Positions 1-10,652 are shown, counted from the first letter of the stretch. The stretch is DNA of 64,000 nt from an uncultured Anaerolinea sp. (GCA_964563315.1 CAZLWG010000006.1:5198-69197); one strand, 5' to 3'. Made by a program: numbers and translations. The notes: generated by a model not told the origin, from the sequence alone.

Positions 1-135
1 GATGGCAACTCCCAGCGGCTCGATCTGATACATTGACGCATCCGTGGAATATAAAACCCTGGAAGCCGGATCAAGCCGCAGGTCCCCGGTGAAGCGCTTT
101 TTCAATTCGCCGAGAAAATCGGGAGAGAGTGTCAT
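1..135 (-). CDS. FAD-binding oxidoreductase (GlcD/D-lactate dehydrogenase-like), N-terminal part only, runs off the window
   Basis: Manual translation from ATG at 135: MTLSPDFLGELKKRFTGDLRLDPASRVLYSTDASMYQIEPLGVAI; LYSTDASxYQIEPLGV is typical of FAD-linked oxidase N-termini. Not in the ORF track because it is truncated. Confidence 0.75.
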   Translation of the reverse strand, partial: MTLSPDFLGELKKRFTGDLRLDPASRVLYSTDASMYQIEPLGVAI

Positions 136-183
136 GTGGACATATCGCATCAGGTTACGTAATGAATGCCGGAGTCGATGATG

Positions 184-1719
184 TCATTTATGCGAGAAGA
201 GCTTGTTCGCTTCGTCCAGATACAGAAAGAATTCATCCTTCATCAAAGATGCTGTTTTTGCATCTTTGGAATACAGATCGACCAATTCTTCGGGGTCGTT
301 CTCAAGGTCGTACAATTCAAAGTTGTGTCCGGGCATTTCGTAATTGAGATAGACGATAAGTTTATGTTCCCGTTTCCGCATGGCGAAGACCGCCTTTTGA
401 AGCGGGGCAAAAGCAGAGTTCTCCCATCCGATCATCGAGATGATGGGGCGGTCATCGTCAGGCTTGCCGCCAAACCCCGGGAGTATCCTTCCATCCATGT
501 CCGAGGAGGGTTGTTTGTCCGTAAATGATAGGAGGGTCGGTAAAAGATCGATATTGCTCGTCAGGGAACGAACATCCTCGCGGACTCCCTGTCCGGGTGC
601 ATGGATGATCAACGGAATCCGCAGCACTGATTCGTACATAAAATGAGCGCCGTGCCCCAGGAAGCCACGCTCGAACAGCTCTCCATGGTCCGAGGTCAAT
701 ATCAGGTAGCTGTTGTCCAAAACGCCCTCCTCGTCCAATCTCGAAATCAATTTCCCAAACTCGTCATCAACCTGCGCGATCAGCCTGTCGTAAAAGGTTC
801 TTCGAGTCATTAGATATTCATCGTTCAGGCCATATGAAAAAGGATGTGACGGTTTCAAAGGCGATGCATATCCGTCTTCAAAAAGCTTCCGGTAATCATT
901 GTGAGGGTGATAGGGGTCGTGCGGCGAGAACAAATGGACATAGGCAAAAAAAGGGTGGCGCCCCGAGGCAAGCTGAAGCAGTTCCGCACGCACACCCTCG
1001 TACACTTCTTCATTAGTGAAGGGAACGCCGCCCATCAACTCTGTCACGCCTTTTGGATAGCCCTCCACTGTAAGTCCTTCAGAATTATTGAACATACGGC
1101 TCTTATTCAAATACCCAATTATTGGCGAACCGGCGGCAAGGCGGTTTTCCTGCCCATCCATAGAAAGCAGGAAGTCATTTATCGCAATGGACGAAATTGC
1201 CCGATCCTTATCGAACAGCGCCATGACTGGGTTTTCCCTAACGAGGCTGTATGCAATCGGCGAAAGGAAACGGTCGATCTCCCGCGACGATTGCCCCAGC
1301 AGGTGATCTGCCCAAGCGTTCTGGGCAAAACCAAAACGGTGATAATCGGACGCAAGCAGTGCGAAGGGGTTATGTTCAGCAAACTCTGACCTCACCAATC
1401 CGCCGTAATTGATCGCACGATGTTTCCAGGGAAGCATCCCTGTCAACATGGAGGCAGTGCCGGTCGTGGTGAAATTGCCGCAGCTATAGTGGTTGTGATA
1501 GACCGTGGAGCGGTCCGCAAAGGCATCCATATTCGGGGTGGTGAGGCGCGGATACCCATGCAGGGACATGTGGCGGGCCGAGAGGGTATCCATCACGATA
1601 ACGATGATGTTTGGGCGCCCGCTGTCTGCACGGATCGGGGAGAGATGCCTGGAAGCGGCAGCGCCTGCAAGGGTTACCCCTGCGATCTTCAAAAAATCTC
1701 GTCTCGATAGTTTTTTCAT
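184..1719 (-). CDS. Tat-exported sulfatase-like hydrolase/transferase (alkaline phosphatase superfamily)
   Basis: Start moved to MKKLSRRDFLK (twin-arginine signal). Motifs PNIIVIVMDTL, TPNMDAFA, ASMLTG, YVHLFSPHDPY, LILTSDHGE, LRIPLII, ELYDLENDPEE. Confidence 0.85.
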   Translation of the reverse strand: MKKLSRRDFLKIAGVTLAGAAASRHLSPIRADSGRPNIIVIVMDTLSARHMSLHGYPRLTTPNMDAFADRSTVYHNHYSCGNFTTTGTASMLTGMLPWKHRAINYGGLVRSEFAEHNPFALLASDYHRFGFAQNAWADHLLGQSSREIDRFLSPIAYSLVRENPVMALFDKDRAISSIAINDFLLSMDGQENRLAAGSPIIGYLNKSRMFNNSEGLTVEGYPKGVTELMGGVPFTNEEVYEGVRAELLQLASGRHPFFAYVHLFSPHDPYHPHNDYRKLFEDGYASPLKPSHPFSYGLNDEYLMTRRTFYDRLIAQVDDEFGKLISRLDEEGVLDNSYLILTSDHGELFERGFLGHGAHFMYESVLRIPLIIHAPGQGVREDVRSLTSNIDLLPTLLSFTDKQPSSDMDGRILPGFGGKPDDDRPIISMIGWENSAFAPLQKAVFAMRKREHKLIVYLNYEMPGHNFELYDLENDPEELVDLYSKDAKTASLMKDEFFLYLDEANKLFSHK

Positions 1720-1726
1720 ATGGCCT

Positions 1727-2299
1727 TCAGCCCAGATTCCGAAAGAACACAATCAAAAACGAAACGCCGCTCAGGAAAAGATAAACGTACAAGAAGATGG
1801 CAGCCCGCTCCGAAAACGCTTCGATGAAGGCGCGGAGCCGCCCGATCTTGGACAACAAAACCGCAAGAGGAATGCCGACAATTGCAACTGACATCCACCA
1901 AACAAGTTCACTTCTGGTAAATTCAACAGAATCTTCATACCCGCCAAACAGATACAACCGCAGCATGGCGCAAGCCAGAATGATGATCGAGATCAGTATC
2001 GTCCGCGCTTGAAATTCGCCCCGATTCTTGAATGCGAAAAAGATAATAAAGTCCAGAAACAAGACGCTTATCAGCAGAAGAGTACTGTCCGCAAGACATG
2101 AAAGAAAGGCATAGGCATAGATGGACACTATCTGCCCGGCAGACAGATAGAACACCCACGAAGGGAGATTGTAAAAAGAAACAAAAAGCGTCCAGGAATA
2201 CACGGCAAAGACAATCACCGCAAAGACGCTCATGATCTGTTTTATGCCGGGGATGCGATCCAAAAGAATTCTGTTTATACCGGGAGACTGCTCGGACAT
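1727..2299 (-). CDS. hypothetical integral membrane protein
   Basis: 190 aa with several hydrophobic segments, tightly packed between gpmA and the sulfatase-like gene on the same strand. Confidence 0.7.
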   Translation of the reverse strand: MSEQSPGINRILLDRIPGIKQIMSVFAVIVFAVYSWTLFVSFYNLPSWVFYLSAGQIVSIYAYAFLSCLADSTLLLISVLFLDFIIFFAFKNRGEFQARTILISIIILACAMLRLYLFGGYEDSVEFTRSELVWWMSVAIVGIPLAVLLSKIGRLRAFIEAFSERAAIFLYVYLFLSGVSFLIVFFRNLG

Positions 2300-2302
2300 G
2301 CG

Positions 2303-3055
2303 TTAAGCGTTCTTTGCCTTCCCCTGATTCGCCACCGCTGCCGCCTTCCTTGCGGCCTCTTCCGGGTCGCCGAGGTAATATTTATTAAGAGGCTTCAAAT
2401 CTGCATCAAGCTCATAAACGAGCGGCAGTCCTGTTGGGATATTCAACCCGACAATATCCGCCTCGGACATATCGTCGAGATATTTCACCATGGCGCGGAT
2501 CGAGTTGCCGTGCGCAACCACGAGCAGGCGCCTGCCCGATTTGATCTCCAGCGCAAGCGTGGAATTCCAGTAAGGTAGAACCCGCTCCAGGGTAATCTTA
2601 AGCGACTCGGTGGCTGGCAGCTGTCCGGGGGTCAATGAGGCGTAACGGCGGTCGAAACGCGGGTGACGCTCATCCTCCAAATCCAGCGCGGGCGGCGGGA
2701 CATCATAACTGCGCCTCCAGATCTTTACCTGATCTTCCCCGTATTCTCTTGCAGTTTCGGCTTTGTTCAAACCCTGCAATGCGCCATAATGCCGCTCGTT
2801 CAACTGCCAGGCACGGATGACGGGAAGCCAATGCAGGTCCATCGCTTCCTGAATAATGTTCAAGGTCTTGATCGCCCGCTTTAAAACAGAAGTGTATGCG
2901 ATGTCAAAGTCATAGCCTTCATCCTTCAACAACCTGCCCGCATCGGCGGCTTCGGTCATTCCAAGATCGGTCAGGTCTACGTCCGTCCAACCGGTAAAAC
3001 GATTTTCGAGATTCCAAGTGCTTTGTCCATGACGGACAAAAACGAGTTTATGCAT
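2303..3055 (-). CDS. gpmA: 2,3-bisphosphoglycerate-dependent phosphoglycerate mutase
   Basis: [57 protein letters not shown]. Confidence 0.97.
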   Translation of the reverse strand: MHKLVFVRHGQSTWNLENRFTGWTDVDLTDLGMTEAADAGRLLKDEGYDFDIAYTSVLKRAIKTLNIIQEAMDLHWLPVIRAWQLNERHYGALQGLNKAETAREYGEDQVKIWRRSYDVPPPALDLEDERHPRFDRRYASLTPGQLPATESLKITLERVLPYWNSTLALEIKSGRRLLVVAHGNSIRAMVKYLDDMSEADIVGLNIPTGLPLVYELDADLKPLNKYYLGDPEEAARKAAAVANQGKAKNA

Positions 3056-3123
3056 CGTACGCTCCTAAAAACTTTGTCCCACAAATTATAGCTCATGTCA
3101 TTCGCTCATAGTAAAATCAGGGA

Positions 3124-5682
3124 ATGCCCAACGAAGATGTCACCCCTGTTCGCAAACAATATCTGGATATAAAGAAACAACACCCCGATGCGATCGTTCT
3201 ATTCCGCCTCGGCGATTTTTACGAAACCTTCGATGAAGACGCAGAGATCACCGCGCGCGAACTTGATATCGTCCTCACATCACGACCAGTAGGCGGCGGC
3301 GTGAGAGTGCCGCTTGCAGGTATTCCCTACCATGCCGTTGAAAATTATCTCTCGCGCCTGATCGAAAAAGGCTACCATGTTGCCATTGCAGAACAGATCG
3401 GCGAAGTGCCCGCAAAGGGGTTGGTCGAACGCAAAGTAGTGCGCGTGGTAACGCCGGGGACCGTGATAGAACCCGGGCTTTTGCCGGGGGATGCAAATAA
3501 TTATCTCGCTTGCGTGATTTTGGATTCTTCCGCCTCACATTCAGGGACAATTGCTTCTGTCTCTTATACCGACGTCACCACTGGAGAATTCGCCGTCACA
3601 GAAGTACCGCTCGAAGCCCTGCGCGCCGAGTTGACCCGCCTGCATCCCGCCGAGATCATCCACCCTGACAATCAAACCCTGCCCGACGGCATTACGGGCC
3701 ACCTGACTGCCTTGCCCGCATGGAAATTCGAGCCCGGTAAATGCAGCGAGGTTTTATCGACGCAATTCAAAACCTCCACTTTGGATGGATTCGGCTTGAA
3801 AGCACACAGCCTCTCCGTCCGGGCGACAGGCGCCGTCATTCAATACCTCAAAGAGACCCAGCCCGACGCGCTCAACCTGTTGAATTCACTCCGCTCCTAC
3901 AGTCTGAACGAATTCATGACGCTGGATGCGCCCACCCGCCGAAATTTGGAACTGGATGAAACTTTACGGGGTGAGCGCAAAGGTTCCCTGCTGGGCACGC
4001 TCGACGCCACCATCACCCCGATGGGCAAACGCATGATCCACCAGTGGGTCAGCCAGCCTTTGCTTAACGTGGAGAGAATCAACAAACGTCAAAACGGCGT
4101 GGAATATTTCGTCCAAAACGGCATGGCACGGGCGGAATTACGTGAAGCCCTGAAACCCATTGCAGATTTGGAACGCCTTATCAACCGCGTGATTGCAGGG
4201 CAGGCACAGCCTCGGGATCTGGTGGCAATGCGGGCAACCTTCATGGAACTGCCGAAAGTAAAAGAAGTGCTCAATAAGCAGGAGTCAGTAAACAATGATT
4301 GGATTGCCTGCGAAGAAGAACTCTTCTTGCTGCAAAGCTCAATCGATGATGACCCGCCCGCCACACTTCAAAATACGGGTGTTATTCGCACAGGATATTC
4401 ACAGGAACTCGATTCGGTCATGGATGCCTCCAAGTATGCGCGGGATTGGATTGCCAATCTCGAATCGGTGGAGCGCGGGAAGACAGGCATCAAGACCCTC
4501 AAAGTCGGTTACAACAAGGTCTTCGGGTATTACATCGAAATTTCGCGAGGCGCGGCAGATAAAGCTCCTGAAAACTACATCCGCAAACAGACGCTGGTCA
4601 ATGCGGAGCGGTTCATCACGCCGGAGATGAAGGAATACGAAACTCTTGTCTTGAACGCGGAAGAGCGTATCAAAGAAATCGAAACGCGGTTGTTCAGGGA
4701 AGTATGCGCCGATCTTGCGAAGGCAGCAAACAAGATCCTTGCCACGGCCAGAGCCATTGCGGAGTTGGATGTGCTCTCCGCTCTCGGCGAAGTGGCGGCT
4801 TTGAACGGGTACACCAAGCCTGAAGTCCATGAAGGAAGCGGGCTGGAAATTCACGAAGGGCGGCATCCGGTTGTGGAGCAATGGTTAAAGGCGGAGCGTT
4901 ACATCCCCAACGATGTCGTTTTCGAAAAAGGGGAGATCGTGCGCGTCATCACGGGACCGAACATGAGCGGTAAATCCACGTACCTGCGGCAGACCGCGTT
5001 GATCGTGTTGATGGCGCAGATGGGTTCGTTCGTGCCAGCGGCTTCGGCAAAGATCGGAATGGTGGATCGCATCTTCACCCGCATCGGTGCGCAGGATGAA
5101 ATTCACGCGGGGCAATCCACGTTCATGGTGGAGATGGTGGAGGCGGCGAATATTTTGCATCACGCCACTTCTCGCAGTTTGCTGATTTTGGATGAGATTG
5201 GGCGCGGCACTTCGACGTATGACGGGCTTTCGATTGCGTGGGGAATCATCGAGCATGTTCACAATCATCCGCATCTGCGCGCGAAGACCCTGTTTGCCAC
5301 GCACTATCACGAACTGACGCAACTTGCCGATTTGCTGCCCGGCGTGCGCAATTACAACGTGGCGGTCAGCGAAGCGGATAACAAGGTCGTCTTCCTGCAT
5401 AAGATCATCTCCGGCGGCGCGGATCGTTCCTATGGAATCCATGTAGCCCAATTGGCGGGGCTTCCATCTCCAGTCATTCAACGCGCCAATGAGATCATGG
5501 AAGAACTCGAAAGATCGCCGGCGCGCGGCGTGAGCATCAACCCACAGGCGGCGCAACAGGCGGCGTTGTTCCCTGAAACCAGTCCATTATTGGACGACCT
5601 GAAGAGATTGGATGTCAACTCGCTCTCGCCCATCGAAGCGCTGAACAAACTATTCGAATGGCAGAAGAAATTTACGAAATAA
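3124..5682 (+). CDS. mutS: DNA mismatch repair protein MutS
   Basis: TPVRKQYLDIK, FRLGDFYETF, ITGPNMSGKSTYLRQ (Walker A), LILDEIGRGTSTYDG, FATHYHELT, SYGIHVAQLAGLP. Confidence 0.98.
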   Translation: MPNEDVTPVRKQYLDIKKQHPDAIVLFRLGDFYETFDEDAEITARELDIVLTSRPVGGGVRVPLAGIPYHAVENYLSRLIEKGYHVAIAEQIGEVPAKGLVERKVVRVVTPGTVIEPGLLPGDANNYLACVILDSSASHSGTIASVSYTDVTTGEFAVTEVPLEALRAELTRLHPAEIIHPDNQTLPDGITGHLTALPAWKFEPGKCSEVLSTQFKTSTLDGFGLKAHSLSVRATGAVIQYLKETQPDALNLLNSLRSYSLNEFMTLDAPTRRNLELDETLRGERKGSLLGTLDATITPMGKRMIHQWVSQPLLNVERINKRQNGVEYFVQNGMARAELREALKPIADLERLINRVIAGQAQPRDLVAMRATFMELPKVKEVLNKQESVNNDWIACEEELFLLQSSIDDDPPATLQNTGVIRTGYSQELDSVMDASKYARDWIANLESVERGKTGIKTLKVGYNKVFGYYIEISRGAADKAPENYIRKQTLVNAERFITPEMKEYETLVLNAEERIKEIETRLFREVCADLAKAANKILATARAIAELDVLSALGEVAALNGYTKPEVHEGSGLEIHEGRHPVVEQWLKAERYIPNDVVFEKGEIVRVITGPNMSGKSTYLRQTALIVLMAQMGSFVPAASAKIGMVDRIFTRIGAQDEIHAGQSTFMVEMVEAANILHHATSRSLLILDEIGRGTSTYDGLSIAWGIIEHVHNHPHLRAKTLFATHYHELTQLADLLPGVRNYNVAVSEADNKVVFLHKIISGGADRSYGIHVAQLAGLPSPVIQRANEIMEELERSPARGVSINPQAAQQAALFPETSPLLDDLKRLDVNSLSPIEALNKLFEWQKKFTK

Positions 5683-5684
5683 CC

Positions 5685-7241
5685 ATGCAAAAACGAAAAT
5701 TGAATCCCGATAAAGCAAGCATTCTAATTCTTCTTGCGGCGGTCCTTTTCGGCGCTTTATTCCGCCTCATGCCAGCTTGGCTGGCGGGGTTTCCCATCAA
5801 CGACGGCGGGCTCTTTCATTCGATGATTGCGGACATTCAAGCCAACCGATATCTCCCTCCGCTCTTCACCTCCTACAACCACGCACACATCCCCTTTGCA
5901 TACCCGCCGCTTGGGCTTTATCTGGGCGCGCTCATCAGTGATCTATTCAACATCCCAATCACGGAAATTCTGCGATGGCTTCCGGGAATTATCAACAGCT
6001 TGTGCATCCCCGCCCTGTATCTGCTTGCCAGGGAAATCTTAAACAACAAATTGACTGCGTCCGTTTCGGCGCTGGTTTTCGCGCTCGTCCCTCATATGAC
6101 GGATTGGTTCTCCATGGGCGGCGGCATTACGCGCAGCTTGGGCGGCTTGTTCATGCTGTTGACTCTCGTCCATACCCACAGAGTCTTTGCACATGGGGAT
6201 CGCAAAGGCGTTCTCCCTGCTGCAATATTCGGCGGCCTCGCCACGCTCAGCCACACGGAAGCGCCGGTTTACACCATTGCAATTGCAGTGCTCTTCTGGC
6301 TGATGAAATCACGCACCGGGAAAGGGGTTTTCCTGGGAGCGCAAATCGCGCTTGGGGTGTTCATTCTGGCAGGCGGCTGGTTTGCATGGATCATCTATTC
6401 CCATGGCATGGCTCCATTCGAATCCGCATTTCAGACGGGGCTGCATTCAAACACGTCCTTCTTAAGAATCCTGAACATTGATTTTCTCACCGAAGAACAT
6501 TTTGTCGATCTGCTTGGGGTGTTGGGGCTGCTTGGAATTGTTTTTCTCGCCGTTAAAGGTGATTATTTAATTCCCGTCATGCTGCTTGTCATTTTTCTTG
6601 TCCAGCCAAGGAGCGCCCACACTGTCGGAAATATCCCGCTTGCCATCGCCGCCGGATATTTCACAGCAAATATTCTATATCCAGCATTTCAAAACTCAAG
6701 AACAATGCAGTTTGGCGCGCCGGTCATCCTCCTCGTTATTGCCCCATTCATATTCAGCAATTCGGTCTTTCATGGTCTCGTCCTGTCACAAAAACATGCG
6801 CCAAAAGCCGAACGCGACGCCATGGAATGGATCAGGGAAAACACACCGCCCGACGCAACGTTCCTGGTCGTCACCGGCGAGCCAAATCCATTTTGCGACT
6901 CTGTTGGAGAATGGTTTCCCGCTCTGACGAAAAGGAAAAGTATTGCCACCCTGCAGGGGCGCGAATGGACGCTGGGCAACGGATTCAACGACTTCATCCG
7001 AAGCGCCGGCAAAATACAATCATGTCTCGATCTGGGATTGGGATGCCTTGAAAAGGAAGCCGAGATTTTGGGCGGCATTCCCGACTACATTTACGCCTCG
7101 CACAACCCGACAACTGTCCACTGCGAACCGACGGAGTCCACGCCGGATACTATTCGCCTGCTACTATCAGATCTTCAAGCTTCAGCCGAATATACGGACA
7201 TTCACCGGACTGATTCTGCTGTTATCTTCGAAAGAAGGTAA
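5685..7241 (+). CDS. GT-C fold membrane glycosyltransferase (ArnT/PMT-like)
   Basis: Multi-TM N-terminal region with FPINDGGLF acidic loop and YPPLG motif, followed by a soluble C-terminal domain. ATG at 5685, just after the mutS stop, preferred over 5658. Confidence 0.65.
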   Translation: MQKRKLNPDKASILILLAAVLFGALFRLMPAWLAGFPINDGGLFHSMIADIQANRYLPPLFTSYNHAHIPFAYPPLGLYLGALISDLFNIPITEILRWLPGIINSLCIPALYLLAREILNNKLTASVSALVFALVPHMTDWFSMGGGITRSLGGLFMLLTLVHTHRVFAHGDRKGVLPAAIFGGLATLSHTEAPVYTIAIAVLFWLMKSRTGKGVFLGAQIALGVFILAGGWFAWIIYSHGMAPFESAFQTGLHSNTSFLRILNIDFLTEEHFVDLLGVLGLLGIVFLAVKGDYLIPVMLLVIFLVQPRSAHTVGNIPLAIAAGYFTANILYPAFQNSRTMQFGAPVILLVIAPFIFSNSVFHGLVLSQKHAPKAERDAMEWIRENTPPDATFLVVTGEPNPFCDSVGEWFPALTKRKSIATLQGREWTLGNGFNDFIRSAGKIQSCLDLGLGCLEKEAEILGGIPDYIYASHNPTTVHCEPTESTPDTIRLLLSDLQASAEYTDIHRTDSAVIFERR

Positions 7242-7255
7242 CCGGAAAACATATG

Positions 7256-8524
7256 TCATACAACCTCCGTCCTTCCGCTCCTGACCGACGCAAGAATCAC
7301 GAACGTAGTCCAGATTAGCAATTCCGTTTCCATCAATAAACTGAAGCTGAGATTGGCAAAAAACACATAAATCGAAAATATCAAGGGAAACGAAAATAAT
7401 AATCTTCGTTTTTCGATGAACTGTGCCGCCCAACGCACGGACTCCCGTAGGTAGACGGCGAGAAACATTACCAGCCCTGCAACACCGAGGTTTAACAGAA
7501 TATCCAGAAAGCCGTTATCTCCGATCATTACGGGGTATCCCCATTTAACCACCTCCTGGGTCGCCAAACGGAAGGACAACTCCGCCCAGATCGTGCCAAA
7601 GCCATGTCCAACCCATGGCGACTGCACTACCGAAGTTTGAAGCAGGTGAGACCATAAAGGCAGCCGGCCCGTCAGGGTTGGGGTGCGGTTAAACAGCCCA
7701 AATACAAAATCGAGATTAAATAAAACCAATGCCAGCACAAGGAACGAAACGCCTGCCAGAATTAGATAGTGGACGCTTTTCAACCGCGCCGAAAATTTGA
7801 TCCACAGCCATGAAACAAGCAAACATAAATGAAGGATGACCGCAAGAATGTACCCCGCTGCCGAGTCGGTCTTCATCAGCATGAACATGGACACGGCATA
7901 AACGACTGCCGCGCTCAAAATACCCGGCTTGTTTTTTTGCGCCAAGGAATCTGCAAATCCAAGCAAAAACACAACGGAAAAAAGCGGGAGCAAATTGCCG
8001 AGGTGGTTCTTATGCCAGAACAGCCCGCGCCATGCGCCATTGTAGGGAGGGTTCAAGTCCGTACCCAGATGAGGAAACACGGCGATAAACAAACAACTCA
8101 ATCCGACCATGACAACGCCGAGCCGGAACAATATTCTCAGAAAGCCATCCAATGAATAACGCGAACCAACCACGAAGGCTGAAATCGTCGCAAAGACAAA
8201 GATGGATGCTCTATGGAACGTCACAGACTGCGAACTCGACCAGAGAATCGAAGCCGTTGAAAAAACAACAAACACGATAATGAGGGTTTTTTTTTGGATA
8301 CTGGACCAAAACTTTGAAACATCCTGTTGTTTAAAAAGCAAATAAGCCGCCGAAAACAAAACAGGGAACCATAAAACAACCTCCAGCCACGCCACACCAG
8401 TAAACAGCGTTGTGCTGGGATAGAGGGTCCAAAACACAAAAGAGCGCAGGTTTATCAGAAAGAAAAACATGGCCAAAAACACCCCACTGGCAAAACGTTC
8501 AAAGAAATTCGTTTGGCTGTTCAT
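7256..8524 (-). CDS. O-antigen ligase / Wzy polymerase family protein
   Basis: About 12 TM segments; WRGLFWHKNHLG, TLTGRLPLW, PWVGHGFG, DNGFLDILLNLGVAG; last gene of a polysaccharide cluster. Confidence 0.85.
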   Translation of the reverse strand: MNSQTNFFERFASGVFLAMFFFLINLRSFVFWTLYPSTTLFTGVAWLEVVLWFPVLFSAAYLLFKQQDVSKFWSSIQKKTLIIVFVVFSTASILWSSSQSVTFHRASIFVFATISAFVVGSRYSLDGFLRILFRLGVVMVGLSCLFIAVFPHLGTDLNPPYNGAWRGLFWHKNHLGNLLPLFSVVFLLGFADSLAQKNKPGILSAAVVYAVSMFMLMKTDSAAGYILAVILHLCLLVSWLWIKFSARLKSVHYLILAGVSFLVLALVLFNLDFVFGLFNRTPTLTGRLPLWSHLLQTSVVQSPWVGHGFGTIWAELSFRLATQEVVKWGYPVMIGDNGFLDILLNLGVAGLVMFLAVYLRESVRWAAQFIEKRRLLFSFPLIFSIYVFFANLSFSLLMETELLIWTTFVILASVRSGRTEVV

Positions 8525-9934
8525 TTAGTAAGCACCCTTTCCAATAAATACCACCCAGATCGTCCTAAGCAATATTTGTATATCCAAAAATATCGAATAA
8601 TTCTGAATGTAATAAAGATCATCCTCGGTGTGCAGATGCATGGGTTTATCACTGCGCCCATTCACCTGCCACCAACCGGTGATGCCGGGCGGCACTGCAA
8701 AGCGTTTTCTCTGCCATGGCTGATATTTTTCCACGAGCGAAGGCAGTTCCGGACGCGGACCCACCAAACTCATGTCGCCGCGAAGGACGTTAAACAGTTG
8801 AGGCAATTCATCGAGACTTAACCGACGGAGGAAACGCCCGACTCTTGTAACGCGGGAGTCCTCTTTTGATTTGTGTATCACATTGCCAGACTCATCGCGC
8901 TTCGCCACCTGACCTTGAACCTGCTCGGCATCCCTGACCATTGTCCTGAATTTGAGCATTTCGAACAGATGCCCATTCTCCCCCGCCCGCTTTTGGCGAA
9001 ACAGGACAGGAGCACCGTCATCAAGATAAACCAGCAGTGCGGACAACGCCATGAGAGGCAAGGCAGGCAACAGCGCGGCGAGAGCGAAGACCACGTCAAA
9101 GGCGCGTTTTATCATGCGCTGATAGTCGTTGATCGCAGAGGCGCGCAGATCCAACATGGGTATCCCGGCAAAATCTTCGATATCCGTTTTATATAACGCC
9201 AAATCGAAGAAGCCAAGCGCCACCCATACCCTCACGGGGAGGTCTTCGAGTTTTTGCACGATATCGCTCATTTGATGATATTCCGAATGGGGAAGAGCGA
9301 TCACAACCTCATTGATCTGATGCCTGCCGACAAGCTCACGAATGTTCCCACTGTCGCCTATCAATGCCGGAGCGTCTCCGTGCTCAGACGGATTATCCAC
9401 AAAACCGATGCATTCAAGGTTCGGCGCTTCGGCAAGCTTCATATGATCGCGCACGTTCTGCGCCAATGGCCCGGAACCAACGATCAAGATCCGCCGCGGT
9501 TTGTCGGTAAAAACCGTTTGTGTCCTGAAATAATAACGGATGAGCGCGCGCCAGAAAAAATGAAGAACATAAACCAGCAAAACAAACAGAAGAAACTGCG
9601 CACGGGAAACATCGCGATATGAAAAATACAAAACACCCGCAGCGGATACCGACGCGATCGATGCCCCCAGCGTCAAGGCGGTAAATTCATCTACGATGCG
9701 TAAATATTTTCTGCCGTCGTAAATCGACAAAGAAGAATAGACCAGCACCCATATCACAGGAAACACCAGATACAAAGAGGGCGGCACGATAATGGTACCT
9801 GGAATTGGAGTGATGGAGGAGAGGTGATTCAACCATGGGCGCAGCCATGCGGCGAGCCATAGAGAAAATGATACTGTGGCACCATCCAGAAGCATGGAAA
9901 AAAGCGCAAGATTAATCGAGAAACGGCGAAGCAT
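8525..9934 (-). CDS. initiating polyprenyl-phosphate sugar phosphotransferase (WcaJ/WbaP-like)
   Basis: N-terminal TMs plus CoA-binding-like domain; C-terminal KRAFDVV, FRQKRAGENG, KFRTMVRDAE, SLDELPQLFNVLRGDMSLVGPRPE, PGITGWWQVNGRS. Confidence 0.93.
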   Translation of the reverse strand: MLRRFSINLALFSMLLDGATVSFSLWLAAWLRPWLNHLSSITPIPGTIIVPPSLYLVFPVIWVLVYSSLSIYDGRKYLRIVDEFTALTLGASIASVSAAGVLYFSYRDVSRAQFLLFVLLVYVLHFFWRALIRYYFRTQTVFTDKPRRILIVGSGPLAQNVRDHMKLAEAPNLECIGFVDNPSEHGDAPALIGDSGNIRELVGRHQINEVVIALPHSEYHQMSDIVQKLEDLPVRVWVALGFFDLALYKTDIEDFAGIPMLDLRASAINDYQRMIKRAFDVVFALAALLPALPLMALSALLVYLDDGAPVLFRQKRAGENGHLFEMLKFRTMVRDAEQVQGQVAKRDESGNVIHKSKEDSRVTRVGRFLRRLSLDELPQLFNVLRGDMSLVGPRPELPSLVEKYQPWQRKRFAVPPGITGWWQVNGRSDKPMHLHTEDDLYYIQNYSIFLDIQILLRTIWVVFIGKGAY

Positions 9935-9965
9935 AAATTGACAGCAGCAAGATTCTCAAAAGCAC

Positions 9966-10652
9966 TTACAAGGGCGGCAAGGCATCCTTATCCCAACCGC
10001 CATACATGATCAAAGACTTGGTCAAGCCAAAGAGCTTCTCTTCATAAAGCGAAGCTCCTGGAAAAAGCCGGGCAAATTCACTCCTGCTAAGAAGCTGGAT
10101 GCTCTTAACTATCTGGCGCGCCTTTATTCTGTCTTTCGTTTTAGAAAACCACCCCAGGTCAAAATTCACCATCAGCCAGACTCTCAGTGAGATTGGAAGA
10201 AATTGAAAAAGCGGAAATAGAAAATGGGGCTCAAGAGGAAAATACTTATTGGGGGTCTGGATAAAATATACTCGTCCGACACGACGAATTTCTTCTGCCA
10301 TGTGCGCCTGGTCTGAAAACCCTCCAACGTGTTCGATCACTGAATTGGAAAATACCACGTCGAAACTTTTATCGGGATAGCAAAGCTTGCGGGCATCGCC
10401 GACAACACTTACAAAATTTGGGAGTGAGACCGGCAAAACATTCATATTCATCAGTACAATTTTTACACCATTAATGTCGGATAAGCCTGTTAATTGCCAA
10501 TAATTTTCAGTTCCGCCAACGTCAAGTATTCGGATAGGTTTCTCAAGCGTTTCAATCAAATGTTCAAAAAAAGCCGCTCGCTTTTTTCTTAGTTTCGCCG
10601 CGAGGGAATCGCTTCTTCGATTGTCTGCAATGCGTTCAAACAGGGTAGGCAT
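9966..10652 (-). CDS. class I SAM-dependent methyltransferase
   Basis: ILDVGGT, VGDARKL, FDVVFSNSVIEHV. Confidence 0.85.
   Translation of the reverse strand: MPTLFERIADNRRSDSLAAKLRKKRAAFFEHLIETLEKPIRILDVGGTENYWQLTGLSDINGVKIVLMNMNVLPVSLPNFVSVVGDARKLCYPDKSFDVVFSNSVIEHVGGFSDQAHMAEEIRRVGRVYFIQTPNKYFPLEPHFLFPLFQFLPISLRVWLMVNFDLGWFSKTKDRIKARQIVKSIQLLSRSEFARLFPGASLYEEKLFGLTKSLIMYGGWDKDALPPL

Noticed and set aside
4885-5556. Long antisense ORFs inside mutS, and similar ones inside aor, the ABC genes and murA
   Set aside because: Typical stop-poor antisense frames of GC-rich conserved genes.
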